A stretch of 64,000 nucleotides of DNA from Tubulanus polymorphus (taxonomy: Eukaryota; Animalia; Nemertea), in assembly GCF_964204645.1 (NCBI RefSeq), contig NC_134025.1, forward strand, positions 7,874,001 to 7,938,000, given 5' to 3'. Each line of letters opens with the position of its first letter. The stretch's first letter is position 1. Positions 12,316 through 21,108 of the stretch are shown piece after piece. A program made the position numbers and the translations under genes. The notes beneath the pieces are model-generated. The model searched no databases, was not told the DNA's origin, and saw only the letters and a list, made by a program, of their open reading frames with translations.

Positions 12316-14847
12316 ATGGTCTATACTTGTAACTTATGTAACTTTTTTTCAATAAGCAATGATGATTTTAAAAATCACATCTTAAGAAAACATAGAAATG
12401 ATCCACATTTCAAAATAACGTGTGATGCCTGTGGTGCCACCTATCATAATTATTTTTCATATCGTAGTCATTTTAAACGCCACCATGCCCATAGGGAAGA
12501 AGTTGACCATGAACCCGATGACATAGACCTACCAGAACCGCAAAATCTCCAAATAGGCCTAAATGATGATCCTAGACCTGACTTAGGCCTGGTGGAACAT
12601 GATATTCAACAAAATCAAAATGAACTCAATGTTGCAGCAGTTGACCAACTGAAAATGAGTGCTGGGCAATTCATTCTAAAAATGAGAGCTGGCCATAAAA
12701 TAAGTGCAAGAGCAACCTGTGAGATGCTTGAAACAGTCAGCCAGTTTACTGAAATTGTTTCTGAGTGTACTCGTGATAATATTCTTAGATTAGTTCCTGG
12801 ACTGAATGAAGAACAAAAGAATTTGATTACTCATTACTTTGCTGAAAAACAGGATGTATTTGCTGGGCTTCAAAGTACTTATATGCAGAACAAGTTCTTT
12901 AGAGATAATTTCTCTTTGGTTGAACCTGTGGAAATAGTGTTAGGTCATTATTTCAAAAAGGTCAAGGTTAAAGGTAGATATATTTTCAAGAAAGTCCCTG
13001 CTCTTGGCTATTTTATACCATTATTAGAAACTCTTAAATCAATTTTGAGTATACCTCAAGTAAAGAATTGTGCCAATATAAGTCATGCTAGTGAAGATCA
13101 ATACATGCGAGACATGTGCGATGGTACTTATTTCAAAAACCATCCTCTGTTCAAAAAAAACCCGAATGCACTTTGCCTTCTTGCATACTGTGATGATTTC
13201 GAGCTAGCCAATCCGATTGGAACTCATGCCAAATTGCATAAAATAATCATATTCTATGTAGTTGTATGCAACATTCCACCTGAATTACGATCAAAATTGC
13301 CAGTAATTCATCTTGTAGCTGTTACACTGAGAAAGTATATTGTTGGTCACAGGGACAGGCTTCAAAAGCTTCTTAAAAATTTTGTTGATGATCTAAACAC
13401 TCTCTATGATGGGTACACATTCATCTTACCCTCCGGCATATATCGTACTAATGGGACTTTATTGGCATTCACTGGAGATACGCCTGCAGCAAATGAAATT
13501 GCTGGCTTTAAAGAAGGGGTTGGTGGAGCCAGCAAGCCTTGCAGACTTTGTGATATTCATAAGAATGACATGAATGCTATATTCTGTCCCTCTGACTGCA
13601 TGATGCGAGAAGAAGTTGAACATAGAGAGAGGTGTAATTACCTGAAAGAACTTAGTAGGGCTGATAGGCTTCTAATGAGTAGTGAGTATGGGATAAATAA
13701 TGATTCTGTGTTGCAAGGTATCAATGATTTCCAGATAACGAAGTGTTTTCCTATGGATGTCATGCATGTACTACTGGAAGGAATTTGCAATTATGAGACC
13801 AAATTATGTCTTCGACATATGGTATCTGATAAAAACATGAATGTTAGTGTTCTAAACAACTGCATAGCAAATTACAGCTATTCTGAACTTGAAATGAAAG
13901 ATAGACCTCAACCCATAGATAGAAAAACTCTTTTTGGTAATGGAAAACTAAATCAAACGTCTGAATCTATGCGGATATTAATGTATCATTTGCCATTCAT
14001 TTTGAACGCTATGAACATACTAGATGATAGAGATGAGTATTGGAGTAACTGGATACGTCTTCAAAAGATAACTATTCTGAGTTTATCCCCTATTATATCT
14101 GATGAAACTATTGCATTTATAGATATATTGGTTGCAGTACACAACAGAAAATTCGTAGAGATTTATCCCGATGAGAGCTATACGCCCAAATTGCACTATA
14201 TGGTACATTTGGGGGATCAGATGCGAAAATATGGTCCTCTGCGCACACATTGGTGTATGCGCTTCGAAGGGAAACATGGTTTTTTCAAAAAGATGAAATG
14301 GAACAATTTTAAGAATATTGCTCTAGTTATTGCGACAAAGCACCAGCAGTGGCTTTGTCTTCAGCAACTCGGGACGGATGGGCAAAGATCCATGTGTTTC
14401 TTAAATGACGAAGATGACATAAAATTTGGGCACATAATGCATGAAGACGAAGACCATTTCAATGATATAATGACATATTTAGTACGTGAAACACATAGAT
14501 TGCAGATAGGTCCTTTGATGATAAGCCCAAAGATCGTCGTACATGGTCATATTTACATGCCTGACAACATTCTCCTTTTAGAATTCGATGAAGATGAATA
14601 TCCCGTATTTTGTAAGATTACTAAGATTGTAGTTGTTCAGGAAGAGAAATACTTGCTACTTGATAGGTTTTTAGTCGAGAGGTATGATTACACTCTCAAT
14701 GCTTATGAGCTTCGAGAGGATCACTCTTGTAGTAGAAATAAGATCTTGTCTGTTCAGGATCTCCAATTCCCTTGGGTACTGCCCCAAAAATGCTTTGGTT
14801 ATAAGAGATATGTTTTACTTTGCTATAGTCCTCTCGTAATGTTGTAA
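12316..14847 (+). CDS. EnSpm/CACTA transposase (843 aa) with two N-terminal C2H2 zinc fingers
   Basis: Uninterrupted ORF inside the TIRs. C2H2 fingers CNLC...HILRKH and CDAC...HFKRHH. CMC transposase motifs: YCDDFELANPIG, FTGDTPAA..IAGF, PCRLC, FPMDVMHVLLEG, TPKLHYMVH, GPLRTHWCMRFEGKH. Confidence 0.93.
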   Translation: MVYTCNLCNFFSISNDDFKNHILRKHRNDPHFKITCDACGATYHNYFSYRSHFKRHHAHREEVDHEPDDIDLPEPQNLQIGLNDDPRPDLGLVEHDIQQNQNELNVAAVDQLKMSAGQFILKMRAGHKISARATCEMLETVSQFTEIVSECTRDNILRLVPGLNEEQKNLITHYFAEKQDVFAGLQSTYMQNKFFRDNFSLVEPVEIVLGHYFKKVKVKGRYIFKKVPALGYFIPLLETLKSILSIPQVKNCANISHASEDQYMRDMCDGTYFKNHPLFKKNPNALCLLAYCDDFELANPIGTHAKLHKIIIFYVVVCNIPPELRSKLPVIHLVAVTLRKYIVGHRDRLQKLLKNFVDDLNTLYDGYTFILPSGIYRTNGTLLAFTGDTPAANEIAGFKEGVGGASKPCRLCDIHKNDMNAIFCPSDCMMREEVEHRERCNYLKELSRADRLLMSSEYGINNDSVLQGINDFQITKCFPMDVMHVLLEGICNYETKLCLRHMVSDKNMNVSVLNNCIANYSYSELEMKDRPQPIDRKTLFGNGKLNQTSESMRILMYHLPFILNAMNILDDRDEYWSNWIRLQKITILSLSPIISDETIAFIDILVAVHNRKFVEIYPDESYTPKLHYMVHLGDQMRKYGPLRTHWCMRFEGKHGFFKKMKWNNFKNIALVIATKHQQWLCLQQLGTDGQRSMCFLNDEDDIKFGHIMHEDEDHFNDIMTYLVRETHRLQIGPLMISPKIVVHGHIYMPDNILLLEFDEDEYPVFCKITKIVVVQEEKYLLLDRFLVERYDYTLNAYELREDHSCSRNKILSVQDLQFPWVLPQKCFGYKRYVLLCYSPLVML

Positions 14848-14915
14848 ACTGCTGTTGTTTTTATAGATTTTATAGAAGGCTAGGTCACTGGATGTGGTGT
14901 GTCTGTCAGAAACTA

Positions 14916-15076
14916 CAGTGGAACCTCGTTACTTCATGAGACCAGAAAATATGTTCATTATAACTGATATATTTTGAATCCAGTATGAAAAATTATAGGA
15001 GGTCAAATTATCCCATTTTGAACAGTTTGTAATAACCGATAAATCGTTATATCTGATGTTATAACGAGGTTCCATG
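14916..15076. mobile_element. Tc1/mariner-pogo (Tigger-like) MITE nested between the two transposon genes
   Basis: TA|CAGTGGAACCTCGTTA ... TAACGAGGTTCCATG|TA: imperfect TIRs with a TA duplication. Confidence 0.75.
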
Positions 15077-15208
15077 TATATCCAACTATCTGACTACTCC
15101 TTTAATGCTAGAATTTTTGTGGAAATATTTCTTATTGCTTAGGTAAACTGTCCGTTTGAAAAAGCAAGGTTTTCAATCTCACACTGACAGTGTCAGCTTT
15201 ATTAAAAT

Positions 15209-18200
15209 ATGTGTTCGGTCGACAACAAAACCACACTTCATCGGTGCATAAATTCAGCAGGAAACAAAGTTTTCTTGATCGCGTCATCACTAAAAATGTT
15301 AAAAGATAAAGGTATGTAAGTCGATATTTGGTATTATGTAGTTCAAGTTCAAGTTCATGTAAATATACTGGTTTATTTAATCTTGTATAACAATATTTTT
15401 GGTTGTTTAGCTACGAAATGGTTATCTTCAAGTGAAGATGATCCACCGTCAGTGTACACCAGCGATGGAACTGAGATCTTCGACGAAGAGGTGTTTGAGG
15501 TGATTTCACAAACTGATACGACTCTCCTCATATTAAAGTCTGGTGAAACTCTGATCAATTATGGTGAGTATATAGGCGTATATATTCTTAGAAATGGTGA
15601 ATCATCAAATTATCGTAGTTGTTTTAACTAATTATAATTCAATTATAACTTTTATTAGACGTCCATAAGAGTACTCTTCAACCTGATTTATCTTCGTCAA
15701 CTGATACTGACATCAGCTCAGAAAGGTCTGATTTCATTGATTCGGAGGAATCGGCATCAATTGTGAGTATATCTTTTATATACTATCAATTATAACAGGG
15801 TTCCTACAGCCCCTCAAATCCCTCGAATAACCCTCAAATTTAGAATTGGTCATGTAGCAAGCCTGTAAAATCCAATATTTAAAGGAATTACCAAAACTAA
15901 GCGCTGATGTGGTGGATAAGCTATCAGCCTCTGCATCAGCTGCTGCCGCCGTTTGGGATGAATGTGTGACTCAAATGGCATACGGTTTACTCAAGAGACC
16001 CGAGGGAATCTCGACATCAAGACAATATACAGAGGCATGCCAAGAACTCATAAAAAGATATCCCAATTTGGCCAGAATCTCAGCTGGTAAAGTTACAAAG
16101 CCTTGGGTAAGTAATCATTATATGATATTATAATTACATTATATTATATTATAACCTTTAACTATTTGCATATTAATCTAAAACTTGGAATTTCAATGAA
16201 AAGTGATAGTTCATATCTCAAGTTGGATTCATCGAAGCAAAATCCTGAAATGTTTTTAAGGAAAAAGACTAAATACCGGTATATATGTTATAATTTTTAG
16301 CCCACTTGGCCGAAGGCCATTCGGTTAGTCCCTGTGGTTGGTTGCACAGTTTTGATTTAAGTCCAAAAGTTGTCTTAAATTTTAGAAGTGATCTTAGGTT
16401 GTTAGATTGGCTATAGAACTTAGTTGGTCTTAAGTCTAAGCCGTGACTATGCAACCGGCCCTGGGTCTTAGTGTGGTCTGGCGTGCGTGTGTCATATTTC
16501 TTGTGAACGCTCTACAGACCACAGTTTTTGGCCAATCGGCTTTAAATTCACATATATTGTGTATGACCAAAACATCTCGGAGGAGTTTTATATTTGTATT
16601 AATTGGATCCAAGATGGCTGATTGGCGGCCATCTTGGTTTCTGAAATGTGAAATGAAATGGTCTATCATATGACCAAACAAGGTCATCATATCATCCAAT
16701 ATGGCCGCCTGGTGACCATCTTGGTTTCTGAAAATGCACAATTTTGATATTACCTGATATAATATTCCATGTAGATCTTTCATATTTCATATGAGAATGT
16801 GAAATAGAAGGGTCTATCATATGACCAAACTAGGTCTTCTTAGCACCTGTCCTATTGTGCTTAGATTTTGTTTGATTAAGGTGGCTTTTAAGAAATCGTT
16901 AAGTATGAAAGTGAGACACATTCGGCACTACAGAAAGAAGAGAGATAATACGTCAGCTAGCAGTAGTTACAGGAAGGCAGTTAAGGTTTCAGGTAATTTT
17001 ATGAAATAATAGTTTAGTCGTACATGTATGTATTATTAATGAAATATGGTATGATATTAAAACAGATGAATCTGTTTTAGCTTGCCGTGGTTTGAGTCGG
17101 GAGTCTCCGTCGTCGCCTGTTGGTGGTTTAGACGAAGACCGGAGTTCTTTCACAGCTGTTAAAGCGTCAGGTATTTATAAAATGAATAGTTCGTTGTTGT
17201 TCCTGATAAAATTCCAATCAAATTACCGCATCTAATTAGATGAGTCTCTTTTAGGTCGTTGTGGTTTGAGTCGGGAGTCTCCGTCACCTGTTGGTTTTTT
17301 AAACGAAGGCTGGAGTTCTTGCGAAGCTGTTAAAGCATCAGGTAGTTATAAAATGAATAGTTCGTTGTTGTTCCTGATAAAATTCCAATCAAATTACCGC
17401 ATCTAATTAGATGAGTCTCTTTTAGGTCGTTGTGGTTTGAGTCGGGAGTCTCGGTCACCTATTGTTTTTTTAAACGAAGACTGGAGTTCTTGCGAAGCTC
17501 TTAAATCGTCAGGTATTTATAAAATGAATAGTTCGTTGTTGTTCCTGATAAAATTCCAATCAAATTACCGCATCTAATTAGATGTGTCTCTTTTAGGTCG
17601 TTGTGGTTTGAGTCGGGAGTCTCCGTCACCTGTTGGTTTTTTAAACGAAGGCTGGAGTTCTTGCGAAGCTGTTAAAGCATCAGGTAGTTATAAAATGAAT
17701 AGTTCGTTGTTGTTCCTGATAAAATTCCAATCCAATTACCGCATCTAATTAGATGAGTCTCTTTTAGCTTGCCGTGGTTTGAGTCAGAAGTCTCCGTCAC
17801 CTGTTGGTTTTTTAAACGAAGACTGGAGTTCTTGCGAAGCTGTTAAAGCGTCGGGTAGTTATCTGAAATAATGGTTTAGTTGTATATATGATTGACGAAA
17901 TTCTATTCAGATTATGGTATGATATTAAAACAGACGAGTCTCTTTTAGTTTGCGGTGCTTTGAGTCAGGAGTCTCCGTCGCCCGTTGGTGTTTTAGCTGA
18001 AGACCTGAGTCCTTCTGAAGTCTCAAATAGTGGTAAGAATGATTCCAAAGTATATGAAATGTATTAATGTGAATTGAGTTCAGATGCCTCTTTTCTTTAA
18101 TCTCTTAGACCAAGCTGACCTTGCTATGTTAGGAGAAAAGCGATTGTTGGACCGACCAAAGATATTCAAACTGATGAAGGCCACACTAGCGCAGCGTCGA

Positions 18201-19702
18201 CAGGAAATAAGAAATTCAGGCGATATACTTTTCTTCATGCAAAAGTATAAATTTTTTCAACATTTAGATTATGTGAGTGCAAATATCTTTGATTTTGAAA
18301 TTTCCACATCAAATAAGATTTATTTGGTTGTAAAGTTTGTTTTGGATATTTTTAGATTTTCGAGGAATTTCATTTGATGGGATATGCAAGGGACTTTCTA
18401 CATAATTTTTCTCAGAGATATGAATCAATGTTAGAAAAGTTAGCCACTTTGGCTATGATGAATGGAGATATTAGCGTAAGTCGCCTAGCCCGATTGATGT
18501 TGATTTTTTAAATTACGAAGTACACTTTGAAGAGTTCTGCTTGGATAATGTAATCCTGCTATTTTCATCTGTAAGCTTCAACATTTTGTCCATGTTTCAA
18601 CACATGGCTAAATCTATATAGCTGCGTTCACACGACAACTAGTTAGACCGGTCTAAATCGGTCCGCACTGGGCCCACAGGATGTCGCCATGAGTATTTTA
18701 CCCCAAAATTTATGTAAATGATCATAGATTTATGATTCCCTGGCAGTTTTTTATTTGAACAATTTTGACGCAGTGTACCATATATCTGGACACATCAACC
18801 TATAATAGATTCTAGGTATTTTCCAGAACAATTTATAGGGATATCTATTCAACTATCAACATACGCTGAGATTTTAAGATAAATAATAATCCGTTAGCGT
18901 ACACATTAATTTTAGGTAGTAAAGAAATTATATGAAATCTTAAAACTATATTAATAGGCTTGATAAGTAATTGCTGACGATACAATTGAATTGATATTGC
19001 AGAGTACGATTTAGACCGGCTCCTAGTACCAGTTTCTCTCCACGGCACACACACAGATTTAGTTCTGTCCTAATTTAGACCCATCTTAATAATGTCGTCT
19101 AAACGCGCCTATACAGTATATGTATTCTAAACCTACGTATTTATCATTCTAGGAGGATCAGCATCAGATTGCTTTGATTGAGTTTGTACACAAGGAAACA
19201 AGCTACAATTATTCACGTTGTATAATTTCCGTTGTTGACGTAAGTTCATTTGCCTAAGCTTGAGCTAATTATGAAAATATCTGGTACTTAAAATATTTCT
19301 GGTATTTAAAACATTTCTCTGACTTGAATTTAAGGATAGTCAAAATCTCATACAATGTTTTTATGGTTACAGTATTGGTATTTTTAGGAAGTGGACTTTG
19401 GAAAGACCAGCAATTCAGAAAATTCAGCATTCCCAAGTATTGTTGTGGTTGGTGATGGGGTATCGTATGCGCAATATTTTCTTTCTATCGGAACAGTGCT
19501 TATCGATTGTACCACCTACAAAGATCTATCCGGAATCAAGTTAGCATTACTGGCAACACTGGTATTGTACTACATTTTTGACCTGAACTATCCGAGACCT
19601 TTCAAGGAGTCCCTATCATTCTTTCAGGCAGTTCTATTTCAAGAAAATTGTCGTAAAGGCAATAGAACGGCCAAATTATTCAGCCATTTTACATGTAGTT
19701 AA
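15209..19702 (+). CDS. Transposon ORF2: CIDE-N domain + repeated Ser/Pro linker + SAMD3-like C-terminal region (about 663 aa, 15 exons)
   Basis: Exons 15209-15311, 15411-15563, 15659-15762, 15885-16106, 16881-16992, 17066-17170, 17240-17341, 17411-17512, 17582-17683, 17753-17854, 17934-18032, 18109-18272, 18356-18475, 19153-19239, 19388-19702. All introns are GT-AG; the exons total 1992 nt in a continuous frame to TAA. The N-terminus ..FLIASSLKMLKDKATKWL..SDGTEIFDEEVFEVI..TTLLILKSGE matches the CIDE-N pattern. MKATLAQRRQEI and LYYIFDLNYPR..SLSFFQ match SAMD3-like motifs (recognised by eye). Confidence 0.82.
16292..16850 (+). mobile_element. Helentron-associated (HINE-like) non-autonomous repeat remnant in ORF2 intron 4
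   Basis: Starts TTTTTAGCCCACTTGGCCGAAGGCC. Contains two copies of a CCAAGATGGC...GCCATCTTGGTTTCTGAAA unit and GGTCTATCATATGACCAAAC, as in invertebrate HINE/pearl-type repeats. Boundaries are approximate. Confidence 0.55.
16335..16461. mobile_element. Small MITE (PIF/Harbinger-like) inserted in the HINE remnant
   Basis: Imperfect TIRs GGTTGGTTGCACAGT ... ACTATGCAACCGGCC with internal TTAAGTC/CTTAA repeats. The TSD is not clean. Confidence 0.5.
17040..18032 (+). repeat. Tandem repeat, 171-bp period (about 6 units); each unit is one exon plus one intron
   Basis: Units start at 17240, 17411, 17582 and 17753 (exact 171-bp spacing), with more diverged copies at 17066 and 17934. Confidence 0.92.
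18621..19109. mobile_element. Degenerate MITE (Harbinger-like termini) in ORF2 intron 13
   Basis: Left end GCTGCGTTCACACGACAACTAGTTAGACCGGTCTAAAT versus the reverse complement of the right end GGCGCGTTTAGACGACATTATTAAGATGGGTCTAAAT. Flanked by TATA on both sides. Confidence 0.6.
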
Positions 19703-19754
19703 ATAATACATGTAGTTGAATTCCTGGAAAATCCAGCCTTGGTAAACTAATGAG

Positions 19755-19997
19755 TAGTTTGAGTAAAAATACAATATTAGAATTGAAATCTGACAGTGAG
19801 ATTTAAAAGATCAGTTTGGTGGAGCAGATTTTGTGGCCTTTTAAAGTGAGAAGGGTCAGTGTGATTCTACGAGGCATTCATTAATTCATTCATCCTGACC
19901 CTACTCACTTTAAAAGGCCACAACATTTGCTCCACTTAGGCGATCTTTAATTTCAGGGTCAAATTTCATCTTCAATAATAATTTTTCACTAAAACTG
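19755..19997. repeat. Long imperfect inverted repeat / foldback (about 100-bp arms) just after the ORF2 stop
   Basis: GGTGGAGCAGATTTTGTGGCCTTTTAAAGTGAGAAGGGTCAG pairs with CTGACCCTACTCACTTTAAAAGGCCACAACATTTGCTCCAC. Pairing continues outward with mismatches. Confidence 0.85.
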
Positions 19998-20037
19998 TAT
20001 GCTATAAAACTACATTTCTGTATAGGCGGTAACTGTT

Positions 20038-20150
20038 AGGAATTTCATTTCAGGGGATATGTAAGGGATTTTCTAAGTGATTTTTCTCAAAGATATGAAT
20101 CAATGATTGAAAAGTTAGCCACTTTGGCTTGGATGAGTGAAGATATTATC
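20038..20150 (+). pseudogene. Degenerate duplicate of ORF2 exon 13
   Basis: AGGAATTTCATTTCAGGGGATATGTAAGGGATTTTCTAAGTGATTTTTCTCAAAGATATGAATCAATGATTGAAAAGTTAGCCACTTTGGCT is a close copy of about 18363-18453. Confidence 0.8.
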
Positions 20151-20282
20151 ATTTAGATGAACTAGAAAATGCGCATTCAGAAAAGAAATAAACCTGGAAA
20201 ATCGGCAGAATTTTGAATTTGCTTGAACTATATATGCTCTTCTTTGATTGTGTTTTTATTTCACGCTTAAGGCTGAACTGTT

Positions 20283-20660
20283 CAGATATATTATATTATG
20301 TTTTTTAGTGATGCAGACTGAGATGGTCAGATATATATTTTACCATGTGAATGACATGTACTAATGCAGCTATTAAAAGGCAGCATTCTCTTAAAAAGAG
20401 CGTGTATGTATTTGATTTACGCTTATTGTGGCCAAATACATTGGTTAAGGATTTTGATTCAATGGAGTTTGTGCACAAAGAAACCAGATACATTTTATTA
20501 TGTTTTTTAGTGATGCTGACTGAGATAGTCAGATATATATTTTACCATGTGAATGACATGTGCTAATGCAGCTATTAAAAGGCAGCATTCTCTTAAAAAG
20601 AGCGTGTATGTATTTGATTTACGCTTATTGTGGCCAAATACATTGGTTAAGAATTTTGAT
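20283..20660 (+). repeat. Direct repeat, two copies of about 175 bp at a 202-bp offset
   Basis: 20283-20458 is nearly identical to 20485-20660; also visible as the duplicated peptide in ORFs 20351 and 20553. Confidence 0.9.
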
Positions 20661-20745
20661 ACTTCCTTTTTGACAATTTTAATTCAAAATAATAAAATTT
20701 TGGATTTCAAGATTAATCTCATCTTTTTGGTTTTTCTGCCGGGAA

Positions 20746-20954
20746 TGTGTTGAGTTTTGCAATGTTCCCTCAGGTGTTCCGGAGTTCTACAAGTGTGTTC
20801 CCAAAAGGTGTTCTTGCAGTGTTCCCACTGGTGTTCCAGAGTTCTAAGAGTATGTTCCCAAAAGGAGTTCTCGTAATGTTCCCACAAGTGTTCCATGATT
20901 TAAGTGTTCCAAAACTCTACTCAACTGAAAATGTTCTAAGTAGTGTTCAAGATA
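20746..20954 (+). repeat. Right subterminal repeat array (GTGTTC/GTTC cores, 57-bp higher-order unit)
   Basis: More than 12 GTTC-core motifs about 10-13 bp apart. The 57-bp super-unit shows up as the 19-aa periodicity of spurious ORF 20684..20896. Confidence 0.85.
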
Positions 20955-20974
20955 CGTTCTTAGTTTTTACAGTG
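20955..20974 (-). repeat. Right terminal inverted repeat (...CAGTG)
   Basis: Exact reverse complement of 11234-11253. Confidence 0.95.
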
Positions 20975-21108
20975 TACTGAATCACATTTCTACAATTCAT
21001 TCTTAAAATCTACCGCGTGTAGGATTTTTACTGGTCTTTCCCCGAAAATACGCACTCAGCCGCTGCGCCTGCGGAGTCGATCTCGCAAGTGCCCGAGGAA
21101 ACTGCGCC

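Larger units (their letters stand above)
11234..20974 (+). mobile_element. Full-length autonomous CACTA/EnSpm (CMC superfamily) DNA transposon, 9741 bp
   Basis: Perfect 20-bp TIRs CACTGTAAAAACTAAGAACG (11234-11253) and CGTTCTTAGTTTTTACAGTG (20955-20974). TA duplicated at 11232-11233 and 20975-20976. Subterminal repeats at both ends; internal transposase plus a second spliced gene. Confidence 0.95.

Noticed and set aside
16436-16783. 115-aa and 76-aa ORFs with an internal repeat (RNQDG..AILD)
   Set aside because: Derived from the repeated units of the nested HINE-like element in intron 4.
17040-18032. CRISPR-like repeat/spacer appearance
   Set aside because: The whole 171-bp unit is repeated with no unique spacers, the context is eukaryotic and there are no cas genes. 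It is explained as duplicated exon+intron units.
20684-20980. ORFs with WEH / VFP periodic peptides
   Set aside because: Translation artefacts of the subterminal DNA repeat array.
11225-20994. ACATTTCTAC near both element ends as a long TSD
   Set aside because: The right copy (20984-20993) is not adjacent to the TIR. It is a short direct repeat already present at the empty site; the true TSD is TA.
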